This document shows positions 38,225 through 50,173 of a stretch of 64,000 nt of DNA, piece after piece; position 1 is the first letter of the stretch, and each line of letters starts with the position of its first letter. The notes beneath the pieces were generated by a model, which saw only the letters and a list, made by a program, of their open reading frames with translations, searched no databases and was not told the origin of the DNA. The position numbers and the translations under genes are program-made. The DNA lies in contig NC_087245.1 in assembly GCF_037042905.1 (NCBI RefSeq), forward strand, positions 36,582,001 through 36,646,000, read 5' to 3'. The DNA is from Lytechinus pictus (lineage: Eukaryota).

Positions 38225-38524
38225 ACGATATTTCTTAATTCTACCATAATTTATGAACGTTTTAAAAAACAGAATTGCCATCATGAATGTTTAACTTTCG
38301 TGCAATTCACAAAATAATATGTTAGAATATTCGTGTCACCAACCCAAATCTCATCGTATTTTTTTTTCATGGATCCAATAAGAAACGTGCTTTACGCGTC
38401 GTTTCTCAATTTTTTTTTTTTTTAGATATTTGGCCCGTATGAACATCGTTACAAATAAAATTTGATAAAATTTATTTATGATTAAGCAAATTTGCCAAGC
38501 CTAGCATTTCTGAATAAAATATTG

Positions 38525-39600
38525 GTATTCAATCCTTATTCTTATTCTTACTATTTTCTATTTTATTCCTATTTATATTATTGTTCTTATCCTATCCCAG
38601 TCCTATTCCTACTCCTTTATTTATTCCTATTCTTGTTCATTTTCCTTTTCCTTTTCCTATTCATATTCCTATCAATATACCTATTCCTATTCTATTCCTA
38701 TACCTATACATATTCCTATTCCTATAGCCATTCCTATCTCTATCCCTATTTACATTATTCCTATCTTATTCCTATTCATTTTGCTATTTCTATTCATATA
38801 TCTATTCCTAAACCTGTTCCTGTTCCTATTCCAATACCCATTCCTATCCATATTCCCAATCCCATTGCTTTTCTTATTCCTATTCATTTTGCTATTGCTT
38901 TTTCTATATCTATTCCTAAACCTATTCCTGTCCCTACTCCTTTTCATATTCCTATTCCTATATCTATTCCTATTCCTGTTCCCGTTCCTATTCTTATTCC
39001 TATTAATTTTGCTAATGCTATACCTATACCTATTCCTATTCATGGTCCTATTCATAATTCTATTCATATTATAGACCTGTTCCTATTCTATTCCTACACA
39101 TATTCATTTTCATATTCCTGTTCTTATTTTATTCCGAGTCCTGTATCGGTAAACACCAGGGAAGTGTTGAAACAACACCAGTTTAGAATCAAACCGATAT
39201 TGTTTTAACAATATTGGTGTTGCTTTAATGCCTACCTGGTGTTGCTATTCCTATATATACCTATTCCTATTCATGGTCCTATTCACAAACCTATTCATAT
39301 TATAGACCTGTTCCTATTCTATTCCTACAACATTCATTTTCATATTCTTGTTCTTATTTTATTCCGAGTCCTATTCTATTTCTCTTCCTATTCTTATATA
39401 CTCTTATTCCTCTTCTATTCCTTTTCCTATTCTATACCTGTTCATTTTCTTATTTTGCTTTCCTATATCCCCATTCATAGTCCTAGTCCTACCTATTTCC
39501 TTTTCCTATTCTGTTCCCTCATTTGTAGCCGCACCCGGTTGCCCTTATCCGTAACCTTATCATTATCCTTTCCTAATCATTACCCTTACTCTTACTCTAA
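38525..39600. repeat. Degenerate (ATTCCT)n hexamer satellite
   Basis: Directly visible; source of the spurious IP/YS/LF/NR-repeat ORFs. Confidence 0.9.
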
Positions 39601-40690
39601 TCTTTGTTTCAAGAAAATACAAACTTTTCCAATTCATGGGGTTTTTTTTACGATGTAGCTTCCTTTTAACTTATGGAACTGGGACAAAGAACTGAAGAAT
39701 ACAGTTTGTTACTCAGACTGTGATTTGTATATAAGTGACAGTCCTTCAAAATAGAATAAATATTCCAAAATATTATTGACTCAATCTAACTGCTTCGGGT
39801 TATTGGAATACTAAATCATCATGAAATCCATCCCAAATTGTTTCTTTAATATTCTTCATCAGCGGCAGACATACAAAAATCGAAACCTTTGAAGGCTCGG
39901 TTTATTGGCAAAGCGTGCACCAAGTTACATATTTTTCGTGACAATTAATGATCGATGATATAATTATGATGATATAATAATTTTCGAATTCATGAAACGT
40001 CTATTTCGTTAAAGGATTTTTTTTTCACTTATGCTCGCGGACTTGTCATGAAATCGTTTTTCAGTAAGCTATTTTGCTTATACTTTCTTTTTTTTCGCAA
40101 CTTACAAATTTTGTCCAGTAAAGTTTTTCTCAGGAGCCGGTATAGCGTTAAGAGCCAAGCTTTCTGAGGGAGCCAGACATAGTTATGGGGCAAACATTTC
40201 TAAGAAGCAGCGCGGCGAGCGAGCAAAAAAATAGATAGATCTTGTTTATAAAAAAAAAAATGAAATTTTGTGATCGATATTTACATAATATTTACAATAT
40301 ACTATCATATTTATTTCACCCATTTCCTTTCCTTTTTCATGTCCCACACGCCCCTAACTTTACGCCCGTGTCTGGAGCGCCAGTGTATTTTTATCGTAAA
40401 GGCAAGATGACCAATGTAATTATAATGATGTTTATTTTTCTGAATTAAATGTCCAAGACCTCTCTTTTAAAGCGCTTTATCTTTTTCCATTAATTCTTCC
40501 CCTTTTTTATTCATTTTTTTACCAGAAATATTACTTATTTCATATTTTGTATAGTCATATTGCTTGCAATGTACATTCATTTGTATTGATTTGTACGGTT
40601 ATCATTTCACATCTGTGTAATCATTTCCTATGTGTTGTATAATTGAGTTGAGTTGAAATGAAACTTGAACTTGACACCCTGATGACAGTA

Positions 40691-40932
40691 CACTGCAAAA
40701 ACACCGATATTTATTTAACACCGGTCTGGTATCTGTATCGGTAAACACCGGGGAAGTGTTGAAACAACACCAGTTTAGAATCAAACCGATATTGTTTTAA
40801 CAATATTGGTGTTGCTTTAATGCCTACCTGGTGTAAGCCTAACGCCAAACTGTTGTTGTTTCAACACTTCCCTGGTGTTTACCGATATAGATACCAGACT
40901 GGTGCTAAATGGACACCGGCGTTTTTGCAGTG
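40691..40932. mobile_element. TA-flanked palindromic MITE (CACTGCAAAAA family)
   Basis: TA|CACTGCAAAAACACCG...CGGCGTTTTTGCAGTG|TA. Confidence 0.85.
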
Positions 40933-40956
40933 TATTGAGCACTCTGAAGCACATTA

Positions 40957-42965
40957 TTTTTTTTTCAATTCGTATTTATTTTTCACTCATAAAAAAAATC
41001 AACAAAGTACAAACATATAAACAGATAAGATAGATGACACGAATATACATACATCCAGTTAACATGAGTGAGGGCAGTGGCAAAAAAGGACGAGCCTTAT
41101 AAACGCCAACCCAAGATACTTTATGAAATAAATTGAAATAACACAATTATACTAAAAATTAAGAAAACAAAATACCGTACAGACCCTAGACAAAAACAAA
41201 ACTACGATACAAGAGCCTACAATATTAATGCAAATGATAATGATCCAGTAAAAAAGTCTTATATTTTTTTTGGAAAACATTTAGAGATTTACTGTTACGA
41301 ATTTGGCAAGGAATGGAATTCCAAATGACAGGACCCTGATAAAATATTGATTGTTTATACAAAGAGGTTTTAAAAAATGGCAAGTGAAAGTTTGATGCAT
41401 TCCTAGTCATATGCATGTGTATGGAACTATTTGTACAGAAATATTGCAACAGTGTCTTCGGTAAAACATTATTATGGCAAGAGTACATGAAAATTGCAAT
41501 GTTGAACTTAAATATATCTTCAAGTTTCAGTACTCTCAAATGACAAAATATTGGTTGAGTATGGGCAAGGTATGGGGCATGATTTATTATTCGTATTGCT
41601 CTTTTTTGTAAAAGAAATAATCTGTTGATATGACATTTGAAAGAATTTCCCCAGACTGGGTTGCAATAATTTAAATAAGGTAAAATTAAAGTATTATATA
41701 AAAGAATTAAAATCTCTCTAGGAAAGCTGCATAATTTGTATAATACACCAACATTTTTTGCAATCTTGTTACAGATGACACCAACATGTTCACCCCAAGT
41801 AAGCTTATTATCAACGGTTACACCCAAGAATGTTAACGAAGACACCTCTTGAATCTGAATGTTGTTTAATTGAATATTTATATCAATATTATTTCTTTTT
41901 TTATTTTAAAAAAATCATAAAATGTGTTTTGGAGATATTCAAAGTTAACTTGTTTATTAAGAACCAGTTGGATATGTTGTGTAGTTCTTTATTGAATACA
42001 TTTTGTAAAAAAAATCATGATTTTTTATGGGACATGAACATGCTGGTGTCATCTGCAAATAAAATACATTTGATAACACCTGATACATTAGGCAAGTCAT
42101 TGATATATAGAGTGAATAGAAGTGGTCCTAAAATTGACCCTTGGGGAACCCCACAAGTGATTTGTTGAAGTGAAGATTTATTGTTGGCAAGAGTGACATA
42201 CTGTTTACGATTACAAAGATAACTTTCAAATAACTTAAGAACATTACCACGAATTCCATAATGAAACAATTTACGTAATAGTATTATGTGATCCAACGTA
42301 TCAAAAGCTTTGCTCAGGTCAAGGAAAAGACCTATCATTGTTTCCTTATTATCAAGAGCATTTACTACCTTGTGAATAAAATATATTAATGCTGAAGCAG
42401 TGGAGTGATTTTTCCTAAAGCCATATTGATTGTCATTTAAAATATTGCACTCAGAAATAAAATTTAATAAACGATTGTATATACATCTTTCAAAAACCTT
42501 AGAGAAAATTGGTAAAACAGAAATTGGACGATAGTTTTTTTAAAATTTCACGGGCTCCATTCTTAAACACAGGTACAACCTTGGCTATTTTAAGTTGATC
42601 TGGGAAGACTCCCATGGCAAGACAAGCATTAAATATAGAACATAGTGGTATGCAAATAATATGAACAACTCTCTTAAGAATTTTGATTGTTATTTCATCA
42701 TATCCAGGACCTGTGTTATTCTTAAACCCACTGACAATTTCTATAATCTCTTTTGGTGTAATAGGCTGAAAAAATTTTGTCGTTCTTTTTTACATAATCC
42801 AAAACATCAACACTATTATTGCACTGCCCCAGCTTAGAAACAAGGTTTGGACCTATATTGACAAAATACGTGTTAAAACATGCACTCATTGCGATAGCAT
42901 CTGTAACTTCCTCATTATCATTTAGAAGTGACTTGATGACTTTTCGTTTATTTCGCTGACCTAGT
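40957..42965 (-). mobile_element. 5'-truncated, frameshifted non-LTR retrotransposon (CR1/L2 group) reverse transcriptase
   Basis: ORF pieces with FLDLSKAFDTLDH, GVPQGSILGPLLF, LFADDT, FLGV and GPVIWNSIP; NYRPISVLPIFSKVFE near 42490-42540; AATAAA plus A-tail near 40957-40980 on minus strand. Confidence 0.92.
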
Positions 42966-43200
42966 TATACTATCTAGTAAAAATAATCAGATTCTAAGTT
43001 AAAAGGATATATGTTATGGGTCAATCTTAAATATCAATACCAATCTCGTGAAAATAAAGTAGGAATCCAAAAAAGCAATATTCTTGTTTAGCCACATTTG
43101 AAACAACAATAATAATTTATTCCATTTGGGTTCGTATACACCAAACGCTATGATTGATCATCAAATTGAACTGTTTTACGATTGGTTGAATTGAACCTTA

Positions 43201-43447
43201 CACTGCAAAAACACCGGTGTTGATTTAACACCATGCAGCCCGGTATCTATATCGGTCCACACCAGAGAAGCGTTGAAGCAACACCAGTTAATAATCAAAC
43301 CGATATTAGTTTAACACTAATTTGTGTTGCTTAAATGCCAAATTGGTGCTAGCCTAACACCCAACCGGTGTTGTTTCAACACTTCTCTGATGTGGACCGA
43401 TAAGGATACCAGACTGGTGTGAAATTAACACCGACGTTTTTGCAGTG
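43201..43447. mobile_element. TA-flanked palindromic MITE (CACTGCAAAAA family)
   Basis: TA|CACTGCAAAAACACCGGTG...CACCGACGTTTTTGCAGTG|TA. Confidence 0.85.
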
Positions 43448-43834
43448 TAGATACAATCTATGATATAAATAATCAAATAATCAATGGGCAAGTTTTGTGT
43501 TATCGCGTGGGTGTTTAATACGACTGATGAACCTTTCTTACGCACTAAACAATCGCCAATGAACAATTGAAGGTGAATGTCATTAACCACAAGAAAGGAT
43601 CACCAATCATTGGTTGAGTTGTCGTTTCCACAGCGCACGACAGATTCAAGTACACAGTAATTGTATTGAAAATGTCCGTCACATGACAAAGAACAGCTGG
43701 GAGGTCTTTGTCGAAAATTGGTGAACAGATACTGTAGTTACGTTCTAAAGTTTAGGGGCTGGCGAAAAATTGCAAATAATATGTCGTTTGTACAGAGTCC
43801 AGGACGGAACTGCTGTTTTGATTCAAAAACTTGT

Positions 43835-43936
43835 TAGAGATGATTATTAATTCTGTCGAAATATTTATAATTTCATTTGACTCTAGAGATGATTGCCAAT
43901 GCTGTCGAAATATCTATAATTTCATTTGACTCTATA
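43835..43936. repeat. About 49-bp direct tandem duplication
   Basis: tagagatgatt...ctgtcgaaatat.tataatttcatttgactcta occurs twice. Confidence 0.8.
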
Positions 43937-44278
43937 GTCAAATAATTTGCTGGAATTTAGTGTCAACATTCTGGAAAAAGCTGTTATATTGTACCAACCC
44001 CTATATCAACAAGAAAGTATTTTGTTGTAGAAAGAAACTCTATGAAATATAAGAGTAAGAAGCGAATTGTAAAAAAGGGAAAGAACGTGGCTCGAAATGA
44101 TAATGCTATTTAATCGATATCACGGCACTCTCATTTATTACAGCAAATCAATCTAGATATCTCATTAAAGCTATTGGTTATATACCCCCATTTTATCGAT
44201 AGACTTTTTCATTAGGAGTGATTGTCTCAATTAACACTGCGTCACAGAGACGTGATTGTTTTATTTTGCATCGAATCA

Positions 44279-44492
44279 ACAGAAAACTAAACAGCGTTGA
44301 TGAATTTCAACGAGTGAAGGGCTTTGAAAAGACAAGAGCCTGATCATAATCCATTTCATTTCACGAGCTCGCCCTCAAAATGCTCACTCGACAGAAAACT
44401 AAATAGCGTTGATGAATTTCATTTAGTGAAGAGCTCTGAAAAGACCAGAGCCTGGTAATACATTTCAGCTCACGAGCTCGCCCTCAAAATGC
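44279..44492. repeat. About 110-bp direct tandem duplication
   Basis: acagaaaactaaa.agcgttgatgaatttca...tcacgagctcgccctcaaaatgc occurs twice. Confidence 0.8.
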
Positions 44493-44984
44493 CCATCAGA
44501 CACCTCTATAGATAATGTACACATTTCAAGATGGCGTCAAGACATGAAGTTGTCTTTGAATTGGTATTACTTGGATAAAATAAAGCAATTATTGAGTGGA
44601 CTGCCCATCAAATTTCGCTTAATTTAAACATCCAGGTTTCGATCACCTAATCTATGAACACGTCGCGTGATTAGAAGACACGTACATAGCTCATATATTG
44701 AAATAAATGTTTAAACTTACATGTGTAGGTCTTTCAGTGAGCCGACAGCCACTCCATTAAATCCAAAGATTTTTTAAGAATGTCATGCTCATGCATTTCT
44801 AATTTGATTCCATTTTGCTTTTTTTTTTGGGGGGGCCAGGGGGGGGGGGTCTGTTTCAACTCCTGACCAAACACCTCGCGTTTTCGCTCTCTTGAAATTA
44901 TTTCTTAGGAATAAGTACGATCATGATGATCTTGCCAAGTTAAGGGTATTACATGTGTGTGCACTCGCATCCGTTTATCTTCAT

Positions 44985-45300
44985 TTGACACTCTCTACCC
45001 ATGTGTAGTAAATGGGTAACCAGTAGAAAGAAATTCCTTGAATGCTCGAGTGCCTGATCAGGTAAGTCGGTGCTACAGCCGGGGTAAATAGTATGGACCT
45101 CTTAGAAACATTTGTATTAAGCCCTATATAAATGTTGCATACTATTATTGTTATTATAATTGTTATTATCATTATTATTATTATCATCATCGTTGTTATT
45201 AACATTATTATTAATATTATTATCGTTATTATTATTATTATTTTATTATAATTATTATTATTATTATTATTATTATTATCATCATCATCATTATCATCAT
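44985..45300 (+). mobile_element. Partial Nin-core-like SINE with an expanded (ATT)n tail
   Basis: actctctacccatgtgtagtaaatgggtaacc...ccctatataaatg followed by the microsatellite. Confidence 0.55.
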
Positions 45301-45671
45301 GTGGTGGTGGGGGGTCTTTAAGCCTTGTTTTCAAAAAAAATTTATTAATAAAAAAATGAATACGAAAAATCCACGACCAAGAAAAAATGAGGAAAGAGAA
45401 AATACGAAAAGGAACGGGTAATATGTGGTGCTATTTTCTGAATATGATATCAAAATTCATCACAAAATACGATTTTCATCTTTAAAAGGTCGACATTTTT
45501 GCTCAGTAAACCGAAAACATGTACCCAGTATTCATTTTCTTTCTTCATTCTTTCGTTTGTCCAAGTGTAATATAATTATCAGAATTTTAGGAAAATTCTG
45601 TCATGTTTTAGTGTTGCCCGGCGGCGTCCATTTTGACTCAGGATGGTGCAACCTCGAAGTGAACCCTATAT

Positions 45672-46220
45672 TAACAAGTGGAACGCTTCTGGCAGTCTCG
45701 CCTGCATTACGTCATTCAATATAGCAGCAGTGCTGACTTTGCAAAGCAACTATTGAATAGTTATTTACAAAAAAAAACCCACAATTCATATGATAATAAA
45801 ATATGTTCATTGACCCTAAATAACCTTTGACCTTTTGGTCAAAAGGTTTGATCATGTGACCTGAAACTTGCACATGATGTTTGCTGATACTCTTATTTTT
45901 AAGTTTCATTAACTAGATCCATAAACTTTCAAAGTTATGATGGAAATCAACAAATACCCCCAACATGGCCAAAGTTTATTGACCCTAAATGACCTTTGAC
46001 CTTGGTCATGTGACCTGAAACTCAAGCAGGAATTTAAGTAATACTTGATAATTATCATGTCCAAGATTCATGGACTAGGCACGTACATATACTTTCTAAG
46101 TTATGATGACATTTCAAAAACTTAACCTTCGGTTAAAATTTGATGTTGACGACGCCGCCGCCGCTGTCGGGAAAGCGGCGCCTGTATAGTCTCACTTTGC
46201 TATGCAGGCGAGACAAAAAA
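45672..46220 (-). mobile_element. Helentron-associated non-autonomous element (HINE / DINE-1 / Tsp-like architecture)
   Basis: Minus strand: T-run, subTIR GTCTCGCCTGCA, adjacent partial inverted copy (GTGAGAC), GGC microsatellite, two internal ~170-bp repeats, 3' subTIR TGCAGGCGAGAC, end CTTGTT. Confidence 0.7.
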
Positions 46221-46519
46221 ATACTCTTATTACGAGTCACATTAAATGATATCTGGGATTGGACGGTTTCCGGAGTAAAATTGACATCACAGGCATGACA
46301 AATGAATGCATCTGCACTTGAGTACACTACACATTTGCCCACATTTGGCCCCCCAAATACATTTTGTGTGAATTCTTCATAGTCATTTTTATTATCATAA
46401 TTTCCATCATATATCCTTGAATATAAATTTCATTATTGTATTATTGTTAAAAGCAGTTATCACGAGTCTCACTGCTTTAGTTGGCAATATTTTATTCAAA
46501 TAACCGGAAACTGATAATA

Positions 46520-47313
46520 CAGTGCGTCCCAGAAAAAACGAAACCGAGATTTAGCGATGATTTATCATAACTTAATCACAAATAAGATTGACAAATGACC
46601 TATACCATTGTAAAGCTTAGAATCTCCTTTTTCATCTGATATTAATTAGATTATTTCTCATTCACGCATGAGTGAGCAAAAACAATTTGAAGAGGGGATA
46701 CCGAAAAGTCATTTGGCGGGCTGTATCTGGGTTTCAAAAGGAAAACCACATTTTAAAAAAGTTCAATATCTGCTCTTTAATTTGATACCTCAATTACAGA
46801 AAATGGTCAAGAAATAACAAAGTTCTGGTTATTTGAAATAAGGCTTGAATTTCAATAATTTCATAAAATGAAGAGGTTTTACAGGCTAGCGTTCAAACTC
46901 ACTCGACACTCAGTTTTGTTTACGATCAGCCATGCATTAAGTATTTTGTTAACCATGCGATAGCTTCTTTAATGAAATTATGGAAATTCAAGCCTTATTT
47001 CAAATAACCAGAACTTGTTATTTCTTGACCATTTACTGTAATTGAGGTATCAAATTAAAGAACAGATATTGAACTTTTAAGACATGTGATTTTCTTTTTG
47101 AAATTCATATACCCCCCGCCTAATGAGTTTTTGGTATCCTTCCTTCAAATTGTTTTTGCTCACTCATGCGTCAATGAGGAATAATCTAATCAATATCAGA
47201 TGAAAGAGGAGATTCTAAGCTTTACATTGGTAGGCCATTTGTCTATTTTATTTGTGATTAAGTTATGATAAATCATCGCTAAATCTCGGTTTCGTTTTTT
47301 CTGGGACGCACTG
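46520..47313. mobile_element. Tc1/mariner-like foldback element with ~350-bp inverted arms
   Basis: TA|CAGTGCGTCCCAGAAAAAACGAAACCGAG ... CTCGGTTTCGTTTTTTCTGGGACGCACTG|TA. Confidence 0.9.
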
Positions 47314-47700
47314 TATAATGATTTTTAATATGTTTTCATGCATAACATCATTAGAATTAAGAGGCATGCAGTCCGATAAACTTCTTAACTCTGTCGAAAA
47401 TTGACACACGACTGAAGTTGAAATTCTTTAATGTGGTATTTCAACAAATAATAATTGTCCAACTTTTCAGCAGTCCCCTCTACATTCTACATACACCCCG
47501 ATGCCTGACTTGTGGGGCGTACACTTTATTAATCTAATACAATGTACAGCTTTTTACTTGCGAAAGTATACCAAATTTATAAATATCATGATTTATATTG
47601 TTGGAAACTAAAACGAAATAATTATGTGAAATACATGTTACGATTATTTTTTTTACAATTATTTACTCACGATGCCGCTTTTTTTTTCTACCCCATAGTA

Positions 47701-47879
47701 CACTCTTAAAAATGTTGGGCAACAAGTAACTGTCCACACAATAATCTATTAAAACTTTATCCAATTCTGGGAAGTTTTAAAAATCAATAATATGTGCTTT
47801 GGTTGAAAACTAACCAGAGTTGAATATTTTGTTTTAACCAACTGTTGTGGATAGTACGTTGCCCAACATTTTAAGAGTG
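47701..47879. mobile_element. TA-flanked MITE
   Basis: TA|CACTCTTAAAAATGTTGGGCAAC...GTTGCCCAACATTTTAAGAGTG|TA. Confidence 0.8.
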
Positions 47880-48704
47880 TACAGTTTACTGTTTATTTCT
47901 ACTGCTAAAATTTGAGTTTGGAAAGATTTGGAATGGAAAATGCCTTCATTAAATTAACATTAGAAGTAAGAGTCGAATATGATGCTAATTCCAAAACTTC
48001 TTTCCATTTAAATGTATAATTTGGATTCCAAATGTGCAAGTGAATTATCAATATTAACCATGTAGCCAATTTGTAGTTATATGAATGAGTTATGTCGCAG
48101 TAACACATATTACAGTTCCGTACAAGACTTATGATTTTGGAGCCAAAAGCTGACTTGATATTAAAAAAAAATATTGAATTATCCTCCACACGGAACATGA
48201 TATAGGTTTTGCTTCTTGACCGTTAATACCGATCTATCTGTTATTGATTTACCAGTAACATGGTCCCATAAAGATTACATAAACAGTGCAATTAGATTAG
48301 GTGTAGAAAATATACAGTGGAGAGACGTGAATATGTTTTATTCATGATATATTTTCAATGAATGATAATGTGGATTTTTTTTAAATCGAATCTGTGGTTT
48401 ACCGATCTCTCTTATCAAATATATCGTTCCAGTGCTTATAAACATGATTACATTCATCATAAATAAAATAAAATAAAGTAGGCCACTAAAGTCTTTGAAT
48501 ATTTTATACCAAAGGGATTGTAAATAGGAAAAGTGGGTTTATTTCTTCGCAATATTCTGACTAGTAGAAAAATAACTATATTGTTGTTTTGAAGTGATAT
48601 GTATAAATCATATAATATGTAAATGTGAGAAAGTATATACTGTATGTACAACTGCTTCGGCAAGTCTTTTTATTTTAGTATGTGAAAGAAATGAATGAAG
48701 AGAG

Positions 48705-48851
48705 CAATGGCAGGCGTAGCTTACCCAAGCCCTCCCCCCAGGCAGAGCTATACCTACCCTTTGGAAAATTTGGGGAGGCCGAAAAAATGGCTATGCCGGG
48801 AATCGAACCCGGGCCCCCAACTTATAGGACGCCGGTGCCTTAACCACTAGT
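48705..48851 (-). mobile_element. tRNA-like head (SINE fragment or tRNA pseudogene)
   Basis: Minus strand CTAGTGGTTAAGGCACCGG...CCGGGTTCGATTCCCGG; 5' acceptor strand missing. Confidence 0.55.
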
Positions 48852-49204
48852 TAATCAGGAGATTTATTGTTATGATATTGAACATGTTGAGCCTGCTGCA
48901 ATCATAGTCTTTATCCGTTTTTTATTTTTCTATTTTTTATCATATTTTAATGCAACTTTTGAGCAAAAGGGTTTACAAATACAACCTGTATTCCATTTAT
49001 AAATGGTGATTGCTAAATAATTGTAGACCAATCTCAACTTTTTCAATAAAAAGAGTTGGTCGAGAATTTATTAATGGCAATCTACGAAAACAGCATTTGC
49101 TGATAGGGTGTTCCATCCCACAAGTGGCCCTAGATGATATATATTTTCCACCATAGTTCAGTCAATAGATATTAAACAAACAAAAAATAGTTTTGTTCAT
49201 AGCT

Positions 49205-49410
49205 CTTTCTCTCCCAGGTTTTGATACAGTTGACCATACCATGTTTGAATTAGGAAATCGCTTTATACGGAGGGTTGGTTTCTGAACTGGTTTCGTTCAA
49301 TTGATTTGGCAACAGTCAGGCAGTATTATTATGAATGCAGAGTTAACAACGTGAATGCGTACAATATGAGTACCACAGGGCTCTTTTATAGGTCCATTGT
49401 TTTTTTAGAA
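49205..49410 (+). mobile_element. Highly decayed LINE reverse transcriptase remnant
   Basis: tttgatacagttgaccat (FDTVDH) and gtaccacagggctct...ataggtccattg (VPQGS.IGPL) in the expected order. Confidence 0.55.
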
Positions 49411-49792
49411 TTTAAATAAAACGCTTGTTATTATTTCCTTTGAAGTATAAAATTCAAGTCTGTATGCGATACAAATTCACTAATGGAACATGCATGAATA
49501 ACGGAATAAAACATGAAATACAATACGAAACTCAATAAAGAAATCAACTTTATATGAATAAACTATGTAGAATTAGATAATTAAAATGCATGATGCATAT
49601 GCCAACTTCAATCATACTAAAATATTATAATAAACCCTATATTGATATGAAATTCATGAGATATAAGACAATGAAAGCAAAATCGATGATAGTCCCATTT
49701 GCGAGCATTTATTGATTTAAATAAATTACATTTACACATGCTTCAGACATTGAGTCGAAGGTCATAGATCATTCGAAATAATTACACTTTAA

Positions 49793-50173
49793 AGGTCAAG
49801 TCCACCCCAGAAAAATGTTGATTTGGATACTAGTAAATAGAGAAAAAGTAAGCTAGCATAATGCTGAAAATTTCATCATAATCGGATGTAAAATAAGAAA
49901 GTCATGACGACATTTTAAATTTTCGCTTATTTTTCACAAAACAGTTACATGCACAACTAAGTGATATGCAAATGAGACAGTTAAAGATGTCCCTCACTCA
50001 CTATTTCGTTTGTTTTTATTATTTGAATTATACAATATTTCAATTTTTTACTTTTACAAAACTTTAAAATGTCATAACTTTCTTATTTTACATCCGATTT
50101 CGATGAAATGTTCAGTGAATGCTTGTTTTTTTTTCTCATTTTATTCAAATTAACATTCTGTTGGGGTGGACTT
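49793..50173. mobile_element. Internally deleted Kolobok-like MITE
   Basis: TTAA|AGGTCAAGTCCACCCC start, ggggtggactt end; same family as 13719. Confidence 0.8.

Noticed and set aside
38492..39658. 238-aa and other IP/YS/NR-repeat ORFs
   Set aside because: Translation of the (ATTCCT)n satellite; no domain or splice evidence.
40691..43447. Composite transposon formed by two MITEs flanking the LINE fragment
   Set aside because: Each MITE has its own TIR pair and TA flanks, and the two copies are clearly diverged; independent insertions are simpler.
43835..43936. Possible tandem hammerhead pair (GATGA...GTCGAAATAT)
   Set aside because: Lacks the CUGANGA core and a consistent stem II in both copies.
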